The notes beneath the pieces were generated by a model. That model was given only the letters and a program-made list of their open reading frames with translations. It did not search any database and was not told the origin of the DNA. The position numbers and the translations under genes were made by a program. Source: Azolla caroliniana (Eukaryota; Plantae; Polypodiophyta). Taken from it: a stretch of DNA of 64,000 nucleotides. Position 1 is the first letter of the stretch. Each line of letters opens with the position of its first letter. The DNA lies in the NCBI GenBank assembly GCA_043228905.1, contig JBHGNT010000005.1:16430001-16494000 (forward strand). The letters run 5' to 3'. This document shows positions 25,492-37,400 of this stretch, in pieces.

Positions 25492-28400
25492 ATGGAAGAC
25501 GGAGACATCGCGGAAGTAATTACGAGAATGGCAAGGGATTACGCAAGAAGGAGAGAAAGACGAGAAGAGGCGTACAAGTATGATCGACGCGAGTTCGATC
25601 TATGGGTGTCGTTCGCAAAGGCTCCTCGAAGCGCGATGAAGGCATTCCGGGAGTTCGATCTTCGGTTTTCCCAACTTTCGGTCCGGGATCAAGAATCGGT
25701 GGGGGCGGACAAGGTCCCACTATTCTTGAAGTCGGTCAACGAAAGGGGGAGAATGGCAATTTTTCCCTACCTCGAAGACAATGAAGGGGCGTATGGCCTC
25801 ACCGAAGATTGGAACGAGGTGGAATGGGCGTGCATACAATGCGATGAGAGGCGGTCGGCCACAACGCGGCCCGCGAGTGGCGGAGAAGAGAGAGCGGCGA
25901 CCGACTACGCACTATCACCGGAAGAGATCTCAACGCAAATCGGTTCGGAGGAGCTCGACATCGAACCTTTGGTGCGGGAAGCGTACGAGATCATAGAGGC
26001 ACAAATCGAAGCCAAAGAGTCGGGCCCGAGCGGATCAGAGGATGAGGAGGCCGAAAGAGAATGGTACATCAGTACCACGGGAGAGGGTGCAGAGCGAGCC
26101 ACCCTCTCGACATGCGGAGAAAGATCGACCGAGGACGAGGTCGGGGATGGTGAGGCGGCGATCGCCGATTCGAGCGGACATGAGGGAGTTCGGGCATGGA
26201 GGCCCGAAACATCGAGCGGGGAGAAGACAGGCGGTGGTGCCGGGACCTTATGCACACCGGGCCTAGAGACTCCGGCAACCGGCCCGAGAGCCGGTGTGAG
26301 ACCTAGAGTGACGGGCGGTGGCGGCGGCAAGGCGGACGACCAGGATGGTGACATGGGAGAGGGTGCGGAAAGAGCGACCCTCTCGTCTTGCGGCGAATGG
26401 ACGGCCATGGAGGATGGTAACTACGGATTCGGGACATGGCGGCCCGAAACATCGAGGGAGGAGGAGACAAGCGGCGGTGCCGCGACCTTACACACACCAG
26501 CCCTAGAGGCACCGGCGGTCGGCCCGATTGCCGGCGTGAGACCTAGAGCGACGGGCGGTGGCGGCGGCAACGCGGGCAACCGAGACAACGGTAAGGAAAC
26601 CGTGGAAGAGGAGGCGGCAAGCATAATTGATGCTTGCATATACGGAGGCGGGGTAGCCACGGACGACGATGTCCGAATGGAGGTGGCTACGGGCATAGCA
26701 TCGATGAGCGGCGGCGTTGCTACCTTACACGCACCGGTTCAAGAGACCCCGGCGGCCGGCCCGAGTGCCCGTGTGAGACCTACGGTAACGAACGGTGGCG
26801 GCGGCAAGGCGGGCGACCACGTCGACGATGTGGGAGAGGGTGCGGAGCGAGCGACCCTCTCGACTTGTGGAAAGAGGACGGCCATGGATGAGGCTGATAT
26901 CTACGGAGCAATGGACGCCACTACGAGAGTGGACAAAAGTTTTGGGACGCGGTTGCCCGAACCATTCTACGAGGATTTCGCGAGCATACTCGAGGCTTGC
27001 GAAATCGAGGAAGAAGAGGAGACGAGCGGCGGTGCCGCAACCTTCCACACACCGGTCCTAGAAACTAGAGCAACCGGCCCGAGAACCAATGTGAGACCTA
27101 GAGAAACGGACGGTGGCGGCGGCAAGGCGGGCAACCGAAATGACGAAGAGGAGGTTCGTAGCAGACGGAGGCGAGATCCCTCGACACTGGGGCCAGAGAC
27201 TTCGGCGGTTGCGCCCGAGCGCGGACATAAGACCGGAGAGATGGGCGGTGGCCGTGCAGATAGGAGGCCTAGTGGGCACGGTGATCACGGCTTGCTAGAA
27301 GACCGAGAGCGAGAGGGACCTTCCACACCCATTCAAGAGACTTCAGCAATTGCGGATCAACGTGAGACCGGAGAGACGGCGGGTGGCGGCGAGGAGTCAG
27401 AGGCCGAAGCGGACAAAGTTATCGGAGCAGGTATCCAGTATGAGATGATGGACGAGCGGGTCCAAGATGGCGAGCTCGGGTCGGAACGGGCTACGGTGAC
27501 AAATGAAGAAGTGGCCGACGCGGAGGTCAGGTCTACGGCGGATGAAGGGCGTAACACGAAGCATGCACTACGGTCGGTGAAGGGCCCAAGAACGAGCATG
27601 CATCTGAGAGAGCGTCAACGAGTGACCGTAAACGGTGGACCAATTGAGCCTTTGAGAGGCGAGGACTCGGTGGTGGACCGAGAGTGGGAGGAACCCTCCA
27701 CACCTACCCGTGAGGCATCGACGGTCGTGGATCGAAAGGAGAACGAGGAAACGGTGGGTGGCGGTGAGGAGTTGGAGACCGACGCGGAGGTTGGGTCTAA
27801 GACGGAAGCGCGACATGAGACGCGTGCAATACGGCCGGTAGAGGGCCAAGACACAAGCACGCATACGGCGGATGGGCGACAACAATTGACCGACGATGAC
27901 GGTCGGGTCAAGCCTTCGAGAGGCAAGCGCGGTGTCGTGAAGATTTTCGGCAACAGTGTGAAAATCCTATAAAACGTACGAAATCGAGTATGAATCACAT
28001 AGTACAATAATTGTGAAGATAACATTTTAAATAGATTTAATATCTAAGTACAAAATGATGGAGGTTTCGAATGCACTTTATTACACGAGAAACGGACAAC
28101 TAAATGTCAAGATATGAGGGTATAAAGTTTGTGAAAGGAAAGGAGAAAATTGTGAGATATCCCACATAGGCACGACAAATATAGCTCTCATCATATATAA
28201 GGTGGAGCAAAAGATATTATCTTTGTGTCTATGTGTGGAGCATAGAGAGTTCAAGGTAACTTGAACTAAGAGTGGAGGTGGGCTAGCTACTCGTAAAGGG
28301 TTTTGGCCAACCAAAACCGGACCGGCGATGGAGCCGGTGATCCGACGGCATCCGACGGCAATCCAACGACAGTGATCCGGTGGCATCGGTAACCGACGGC

Positions 28401-31400
28401 ATCCGGCGACGACACCGGTAACGGCATCTGGCGACGACAACGGTAACCAACAGCATCCGGCGAACCGGCGTCCGGCGATTAGATAAATAAATATATAAAT
28501 ATATATACATATTTACATATACAAGGAGGGCAAGTAAGCATTCGAACCTTGCACCTCCAAGTTAGGAGTCAATTGGCTTACCATTAAGCCATGCTATTTA
28601 GTTAAAATTATATTTCTATCATTGTACTTTTACATGTAAATTCTCATACATGAGAACTAAAATGAGTGACATGGTTATCATGCACCACATGTAATACATA
28701 AGCGCCAACTGGCAAACATGCAATTTATGCATGTCTTGTACCCTCACATGCATCATATGCATGAGAGCATCTATAAAAGAGGGAAGGGGGAGGAGAAAAA
28801 ACACGGTTTTTTTTTATGAAAATTAAGAAGAGGAAATTCGTTATCAAATTAATCGTGTAACTTATTTCTTAAATCTAAAGGTAAAAGTTCAATCAATCTT
28901 TCTCAATCGTTTAATCTCGACTTCTCTCTTTCCCAATCTATCTTAAGTACTTTCTTGCCAAAGCTTGTATCGACTTTGAATCCTTCCGGTCCAGAACCCC
29001 GGCGGTTCCGCCTCATGATCCGCGCGTAGTGACGGATCTTCACGACATAATTAAGTGGTGAACACGACGTGAAAGAGGCGGTAGGAAGGATCAAGTCGAG
29101 ATTAATACTTAGAGATGGCGTCCTCAAGCAACCAAGCAGGAGAGCTCGAAAGGATGATGCTAATCGTCGAGCAAATGATGAGATCTCGGGACAACGACGC
29201 GAGCGTGGAGAAGGCTGTCGATCGTGTCGTAGAGCTCGAGGGCCAATTCGATGGATGGAACGTTACGAAGTTCCTTGATGCATATAGAAGGGAGATGAAT
29301 CAGAGGGACGTGTCCGAGGCACGTCAAATCGCAAGCTTCAAGAGAGTTGTCGCCAACAACATCCAAAGACGCGTCATCGAGCTTCAAGAAGGTAAGACAA
29401 CATGGTCCGAGTTCGAGAAAACGATACTAGCAGAGTTCGTGACTGAAGACTCAACGAGGATGACTCGACATGCCCTGATGAAGTGGATAGAGAAGAAGAA
29501 TAAGAAGATGAGCGTCTCGAGGGTGTACGACGAATTCGACCAGATGTTTAGTCGTCTCCCCAATACGGACCAAGTGTTGCTTGAAGAGGACAAGACTTTG
29601 TACTTCTTGAAGGCCGTGGACATAAAGGATAGACGGGAGTTGGGGACTCTTCTCGAAGATGATACCCAAGCAAATGGGCTCGTAGCGGACTGGATTGCGG
29701 TGAAGCGGGCATGCAATAGGCTCGACAAGCGTCGCCAATGGGTTGATGACACCGACTTGACGGGACCGACTACCACGGAGAAAGCAAGACCGCCGAAAGT
29801 AGCTGAGCCGCCAAGACAAAGTAACGTGGAAGAAAAGAAGATTGATGACGACATCATTGAAGAGCTAGCGAAGAAGTTCGAGAAGGTCACGCTAGCCAAC
29901 ATGAATCGTCGGGGCCCTAAAGGAAAAGAACCCTTTAGATGCGTGTGGTGCGATAGCATGGACCACATGAGAAGGGATTGTGCGAGCCTTCGAGAGGCGA
30001 TTCGACAAAATATCGTATACATAGAGGACAACATGATCTGCTCAAGCGAGACTAGAAGACCCCTACAGGTGAATTTCGGAAGAGGAGGAATGAAGAGATC
30101 TATGGAGGATGCCGATGCGACTCATGTGGATGCGATGCACTATGCTGCGTCGGCCGGAATAAGAGTCGGGAAAGAGAAGACTGAAGCTGCTAGAGCGGGA
30201 GCAAAGTTTTGGACTTCCGTTCTCGAATATGAGAAGAAGGGAAAAATCACATCGAACGAGGTAGAGCTTGCGGACCGAAGCGTGCAAAACATAACTGGGT
30301 GGTGTCATAACTAGACTCGAACCCATAACCTTTTGTTACACGGGTCGAGACTTTACCATTAGGTTATGAATTGTAATTTGAAGGATATTATTTTCATTTA
30401 GGTTTTATTGGGAAATTGATGTATATTCCAGATTTCTCTGGAACATTCTAGAAACTTCAGGAGTATTCCTGAAGACACTATAAAAGGAGGCGCAAGGCAT
30501 TAGTTCGAACCAAATCGGTTCAACGCCAGTCTTAAGCCTTCTAACTACTGTTGTATATCTTCCGTCATATAATACATATATCTTTCGCATCATCATTCTC
30601 TCTCTCTCTCCCTCTCTCTCTCTCTCTCACTCACTCATTCCTTCTCTCAAAGTTCGACACCTCTCATAGTACTAATCCTTCTCTGTCTTAGTACTATTCC
30701 CCAACAATAGTACTAATCCTTCTTTTAGTACTAATTCCTTCTCTGCCTTAATAGAGTTCCTGACAGTTTGAACCGATTTTGACTACTAGTCTCCCTCTTC
30801 CTTCTGTCTCCCTCCTTTCCTACTAGTCTCTTATTTCCCTTTTCCTTCATCCCATGGCCACCGTTAGCGCTGAAGAGTATCAATCCGTTTTCTCGGAATT
30901 TCAATGCTTGAAAGAGAAGTTTCATGCTCTGGAACAAGAAAATCAACGCTTGTTGGGGGATCTGCAGCAAATTTCCTTAGAAAAGCAGCAAACGCAACAA
31001 CAGCATGGGGAACTTGCGTTACGCGTGCAACAACTCGAAGCAACCATCGTAGCAATGCAACAACAAGGGCACGGAGCACAAGGGATTCATAAAGAACCCA
31101 AGATTGGCCTTCCCACGAAGTTCGATGGAACGCGATCGCAGTTTAGAGGGTTTCTTAACCAGGTACGGTTAGTTATTCAAATGCATCCGTCCCGATATCC
31201 CACCGATGCATCACGAGTGGGTTTAGTAGGCACGTTGTTAAATGGCTCAGCATTAGCATGGTTCGCTCCGCTACTAGAAAAGGAATCTCCAGTACTAAAT
31301 AATTTTGAAGAATTCATAAGTGAGTTTAAAGCATGTTTTGGAGATACTGACAGCATAAGGACTGCAATCAACAAAATCCGGCGATTACGCCAAGGTGACC

Positions 31401-34400
31401 GTCCAGCCTCCGCATATGCTGCAGATTTCCGCCTACTCGCCGCCGATATCCCCTGGGATGATCAAGCATTGATGGAGCAGTTCCGCTATGGTCTACGCAA
31501 CGATGTCAAGGATTTACTCTTGACTTTCCCTGAAGAGCCAAAATCATTAACAGAAGCAATCAGTCGAGCGGTCAGATGTGACAACCGCCTCTTCGAGCGA
31601 CGTTCGGAACGACAATTTCAGATGCCGAGGGCAAGATCCGAGCCTACCTATGCCTCAGTGGTAGCGAAACCTTTTCAAAGGGAGTCACATAATGCGCCTC
31701 CAGTAAGTACTCCAACTCCAATGGAAATTGATACTACACGTCGTCGTGGGCCGCTATCGGAGGAGGAAAAGCAACGACGCCGAACAAACCGATTATGTCT
31801 TTATTGCGGTGGACCAGGGCATATCGCGATAAACTGTCCCCATAGACCAAGAAGGCAGGTAAACCAAGTCATTGTTAGTTCTGACTATACTAAACCCGAG
31901 TCTATTTCAGTAGGAATCTCTGATAATCCTCATAGTCATAATAGTCCTAATAGTACTAATAGTCCGAATCTCGCAAACAAATTTGATGTCCTTAGCCAAT
32001 TAGAAGAAGAGTTAAACGACTAAGTCCAGCCAAAATAGGAGCCGTTTGGTTGGACAGCCCTAGATCTGTGCAGCCCATTAGTGGTTCCATTCCCTCTAAG
32101 CAAGTTAGTGATGTGTTCGTAGCCCAAGTAGCAGTTAGTACTAAAAGTACCCCTCCAGTACATACCTTAGCCCTTCTAGATTCCGGAGCTAATTCTTGCT
32201 TCATGGATAGGAATTTTGCCCGAGCTCATCGGATATCTCTCAAAAAGCTCCCATGTCCGGCCTCAGTAGTAGTCATTGATGGTCGTCCCATTGCTTCTGG
32301 TAATATCATTGAAGAGTCGGAACCCGTTAATATTGTCCTAGATAACTTAACATGTGTAGTATCATTTAATATTATTAGTATTCCAGAACATCCCATAGTT
32401 TTAGGATTACCATGGTTCGAGTTACATGACCCAGACATAGATTGGAGGACAAGGGAAATCCGGTTGCGACAAACCCAAGGATCTACCCAGAAGGTTGCAA
32501 CCATTTCGCTACGTCAGTTGCGTGAGGAAGGGCGCAAGGAGGAAATGTTTCTCTTCGCAATATCAGTACAACCCTCCAGCACCACCAAAGAGGAGTCCAC
32601 CGTTCAACTTCCCGAGAAGTATCGTCAGTATGCTGATGTGTTCGATAAAGTACAAGCCAACACACTTCCTCATCATCGGCCGTACGACTGCGCCATCGAC
32701 TTACAACCGGGAAAAGAGCCGCCATGGGGGCCGATCTACAATTTGTCACCAACCGAGCTAGAAGTCCTTCGAGCCTATATAGAGGAGAATTTGGAGAACG
32801 GTTTCATTCGGCATTCGAAATCTCCAGCCGGCGCACCCATTTTCTTCGTCAAGAAAAAAGATGGCTCGCTTCGACTCGTTGTAGATTACCGTGGCTTGAA
32901 TAAGGTCACAGTAAGAAATAGGTATGCTCTTCCCCTTATCTCAAGTCTTTTAGAACGGATCAACGGTGCCAGGTTCTTCACGAAGATCGACTTACGAGGA
33001 GCCTATAACCTCGTACGGATCCGACCAGGAGATGAATGGAAGACCGCGTTTCGCACCAGATATGGGCACTTCGAGTATACGGTCATGCCGTTCGGACTCA
33101 CTAATGCGCCGGCAGTCTTCCAGCACATGGCGAATGATATATTTCGAGATCTCTTGGATGATTTTTTGATCATCTATTTGGATGATCTACTGGTTTATTC
33201 AAAGACCCAAGAAGAACATGATTCTCATGTACTATTAGTACTAAAACGACTTCGAGAACATGGTCTGTATGCAAAGTTAGAGAAATGTAGTTTCGGGTGC
33301 AACCAAGTGGAGTTTCTCGGCTATGTCATCTCCTCAGAAGGCATATCTATGGACCCAGCCAAGGTCAAAACGGTGATAGAATGGCACACTCCGCGTTCGG
33401 TGCGGGATGTGCAATGCTTCCTAGGCTTTGCAAATTTTTACCGGAAGTTCATACAAAATTACTCAAAAATTGTGCTGCCTCTCACACAGCTCACCAGGAA
33501 GGGACAATCATTCATTTGGTCTAAAGAGACGAACATGGCTTTCGAGAGTCTTAAGAAGGCGTTTACATCAGCTCCAATTTTAGGTCATGTGGATCCGGAA
33601 AAACCATTCATTATCGAAGCTGACGCATCGGATTTCGCATTGGGGAGCATTCTGTCACAACAGGGTAACGACGAGAAGCTACATCCTGTGGCTTTCCACT
33701 CCCGTAAGTTTGACGCCGCCGAAATCAACTACGAAATTCATGATAAAGAGCTATTAGCAATAGTTGATTCTTTTATGCAATGGAGGCATTTCCTGGAGGG
33801 ATCTCCTCATCAGGTCACTGTATTCAGTGACCACAAGAACCTTGCCTACTTTCAAGATGCTCGTGTACTGAATCGACGTCAAGCTCGGTGGGCCCACTTC
33901 CTCACACGCTTCGACTTCAAAATTACATATCGTCCGGGGAAGCACCAAGGGAAGGCAGATGCATTATCACGGCGTTCGTATCTAACACCACGTCCCGGTG
34001 AGCCAGCTTTCGATAACCAGAAGCAAGTAATCTTGGGTCCAGCACGACTGCAAGCAGCACAGGTCTTTGACATGCCCGTGGATTCCGACATTACCAATAC
34101 TATACGTGAGGACTTGAAGACTGACGCTTTCGCCCAAGCTATACTAGCACAAATTGACCCCTCTCGAGCGTCATGTTCACAATCACAATCACCAGGTACG
34201 GATTATCGGCAATTCAAATACTGTGATGGATTACTCTTCTTTAAAGAACTTTTGTATGTTCCTAATGGTTCTTGCCGCCTTCGAGTAGTACAAAACTGCC
34301 ATGACACATATACAGCAGGACATTTTGGTAGTACTAAAACATTAGATTTAGTACAACGATCATTCTGGTGGCCCCGTATGCGACAATTTGTCGAAGATTT

Positions 34401-37400
34401 TGTTCTGACTTGCGATACATGCTGCAGAGCGAAAATGCCAAGACATCATCCATATGGTTTATTAGAACCATTACCAATTCCAAGCAAGCCATGGCAATCC
34501 ATTGCTCTTGACTTCATTACAGATCTTCCAGTCTCTAAGGGATTCAGTGCGATTCTCACAGTGGTGGATCGATATACGAAGATGGCTCATTTCTTACCAT
34601 GTACTAAAGAAATATCTAGTGAAGACACCGCCGAAATTGTCATGCGGGAAGTATGTCGGCATCATGGACTCCCTGATAATATCATCAGCGATCGTGGACC
34701 CCAGTTTGTGTCAAAATTCTGGAAGCACCTTTTTAAAATGCTGAAGGTCACTTGTAACCTCTCCTCCGGCTACCACCCACAAACCGACGGGCAAGCCGAA
34801 CGAACAAATCAAACACTGGAGCAGTATCTGCGGTGCTTTCTCAACTATCATCAGAATGACTGGGCAGATATTCTTCAGTTCGCCGAATTTGCCTATAATA
34901 ACGCTATCCACGCATCGACTAAAGTCACGCCATTCTACGCTTATACGGGATATCATCCCCGGTGGTGTGTCCTTGAAACCCCAGAAGTGTCCACAAATCC
35001 TTGCGCGGAGGATCGTTTGGAGCGGTTACGCAAGATACAAGCGGATTTATCTACTCAACTCCAGCAAGCTCAACAATCACACAAGGACTACGCAGATCGT
35101 CATCGACTTCCATCCAGTTTTAACATTGGAGATCGGGTGTGGCTGCTACGACGACACATCAAGACTACTCGCCCATGTGAGAAGTTGGATTATCGGCGAT
35201 TAGGTCCTTTCCGTATTATCGGGAAGATTAATGATGTCGCTTTTCGTCTCGAGCTACCTCCGCAACTTCGGATACATCCGGTGTTTCATAGTTCTCTCCT
35301 CGAACCCTATCACGAGAGCACTATCCCAGGACGTACTATACAACCTCCACCTCCTATCGAGCTCGAAGATGGACCTGAGTATGAGGTCGCTGCCATCCTC
35401 GATTCCAAGATTATTCGCAACAAGCTCTACTATCTAGTCGATTGGCTAGGATATAGTCCCAGCGAGCGTACTTGGGAACCGATCGAGAATGTGACCAATG
35501 CTCGTGCTCTTCTAGAAGACTTCCATCGACGATATCCCGAGAAACCGGGTCCTCAATCCAAAACGACTCGTGAAACTCGTCGTTTTAAAGGGGGGATAGT
35601 GTCATAACTAGACTCGAACCCATAACCTTTTGTTACACGGGTCGAGACTTTACCATTAGGTTATGAATTGTAATTTGAAGGATATTATTTTCATTTAGGT
35701 TTTATTGGGAAATTGATGTATATTCCAGATTTCTCTGGAACATTCTAGAAACTTCAGGAGTATTCCTGAAGACACTATAAAAGGAGGCGCAAGGCATTAG
35801 TTCGAACCAAATCGGTTCAACGCCAGTCTTAAGCCTTCTAACTACTGTTGTATATCTTCCGTCATATAATACATATATCTTTCGCATCATCATTCTCTCT
35901 CTCTCTCCCTCTCTCTCTCTCTCTCACTCACTCATTCCTTCTCTCAAAGTTCGACACCTCTCATAGTACTAATCCTTCTCTGTCTTAGTACTATTCCCCA
36001 ACAATAGTACTAATCCTTCTTTTAGTACTAATTCCTTCTCTGCCTTAATAGAGTTCCTGACAGGTGGTCGGATCCGGTGGACGACAACACCATACTCGCA
36101 GAGGTGATGTGCAACAACCACGAGGTGTTCGTTGAAGAAAAGAGAAAGAGAATAGAAGAGCAAGGGCCATCAGAAAAGACATGAAACAAGGAACGCGAAA
36201 AAGAAGGACGATGCGGAGACGAGTCGACCTTTACAAACGGAGGAACGAGAATCATGCCGAAAAGGGGAGCTGAGCATACGAGTTGAAGAAACGGTTCGGC
36301 CCGTGAAGGTTGGTGTCGAAGACCCCGCTCGGAGGACAAGGACCATACCTACCTATAAGCTAAGGTCGGACATAGAGCAGACGACGGACCTAAAGAATAT
36401 TCTCGAAGAACGAGTTCTTGATAGCCACGTAACTTTGTCCTTGAGGGAATTGCTTGGCATTACGAAGGAGTTCCATGACACGATCGTGGACCTTATAAAG
36501 AGAAAGAGACAACAATCGGACGAGGAAGAAGAGAAGCCGCAAAAAGCAAAAACGAATGCCATAACGATGGCAAGAGACGAAATCGATGAAGATATGGTGG
36601 ACAGCCACTACACTCGACCTCATTGGGCACGAGCGACAACAGAGACGCCGGTGAAGATCGGGGAGAAGAAAGAGACCATGGTAGCCTTGATCGACCACGG
36701 CTCGGAGATCAACCTCCTGTCAACCGACTTCTACAAAAAAGGAAGATGGCCAATCAATACAAACCACGGATGGAAGATTCGTGTGGCAACAAAGTCTACG
36801 GAGGATTTGTACGGAGCTTGTCCCAATGTCAAAGTCACGATCGGGGATGTGGAGATGGATCAACACTTCTTCGTACAAGAATCGGCGTCGCATCCTGTCA
36901 TCCTAGGGCAACCTTATATCACATCATCTCGGATGGAGACCAAAGTGTTCGATAATGGAGCAGCCTTCGCACGAATAAAGAGTCTTGACAACCAAAGATC
37001 AGTCCAATTCCTAACGGTGCGAGCCAATCATGAAAGGAATCGAGATAGTCTCGGAGGCGAATCCTCGGATTTTTAGAGCGGACTATTGAAGCATGGGGCA
37101 CAAATAGTCCGAGCAATCACAAGACCCCACAAGAAAGAAGAGTGCGTGGATTGCAAGGAGAAGCAACATGTGTCACACCTAGTGGCGCATGTAAACTAAT
37201 ACTACCCGACAAGAAGCACAAGCGCCGGATACAAGAATTCGAGAAGATGCTGAAAGAAGAGAACATAATAGAAGAAGGGGAGTTCGTGACTCATAATATG
37301 GAAGAAGCCTCATTTAACGACACCATCGGCGAAATCGAGGACATCGTGGACTTGAGCTATCTTCACAACCAATGCGTGATTTCGGTTAACTCCGTCAACA

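Larger units (their letters stand above)
30303..36062 (+). mobile_element. Element G: intact, very young chromoviral Ty3/Gypsy (Tf1/Tcn1-like)
   Basis: 463-bp LTRs (30303-30765, 35600-36062) identical by eye; TSD GGTGG; PPT AAAGGGGGGA before 35600; two uninterrupted ORFs; C-terminal chromodomain. Confidence 0.97.
29115..37076 (+). pseudogene. gag: gag-protease of C, interrupted by G at 30303-36062
   Basis: ORF 29115-30302 (CVWCDSMDH...C) and 36303-37076 (ALIDHGSEINL). Confidence 0.88.

Noticed and set aside
30596-30640. (CT)n/(GA)n microsatellites here and in other LTRs
   Set aside because: Ordinary components of plant LTRs.
30854-32023. Domesticated PEG10/RTL-like host gene
   Set aside because: It is part of a complete element with identical LTRs, TSD and integrase.
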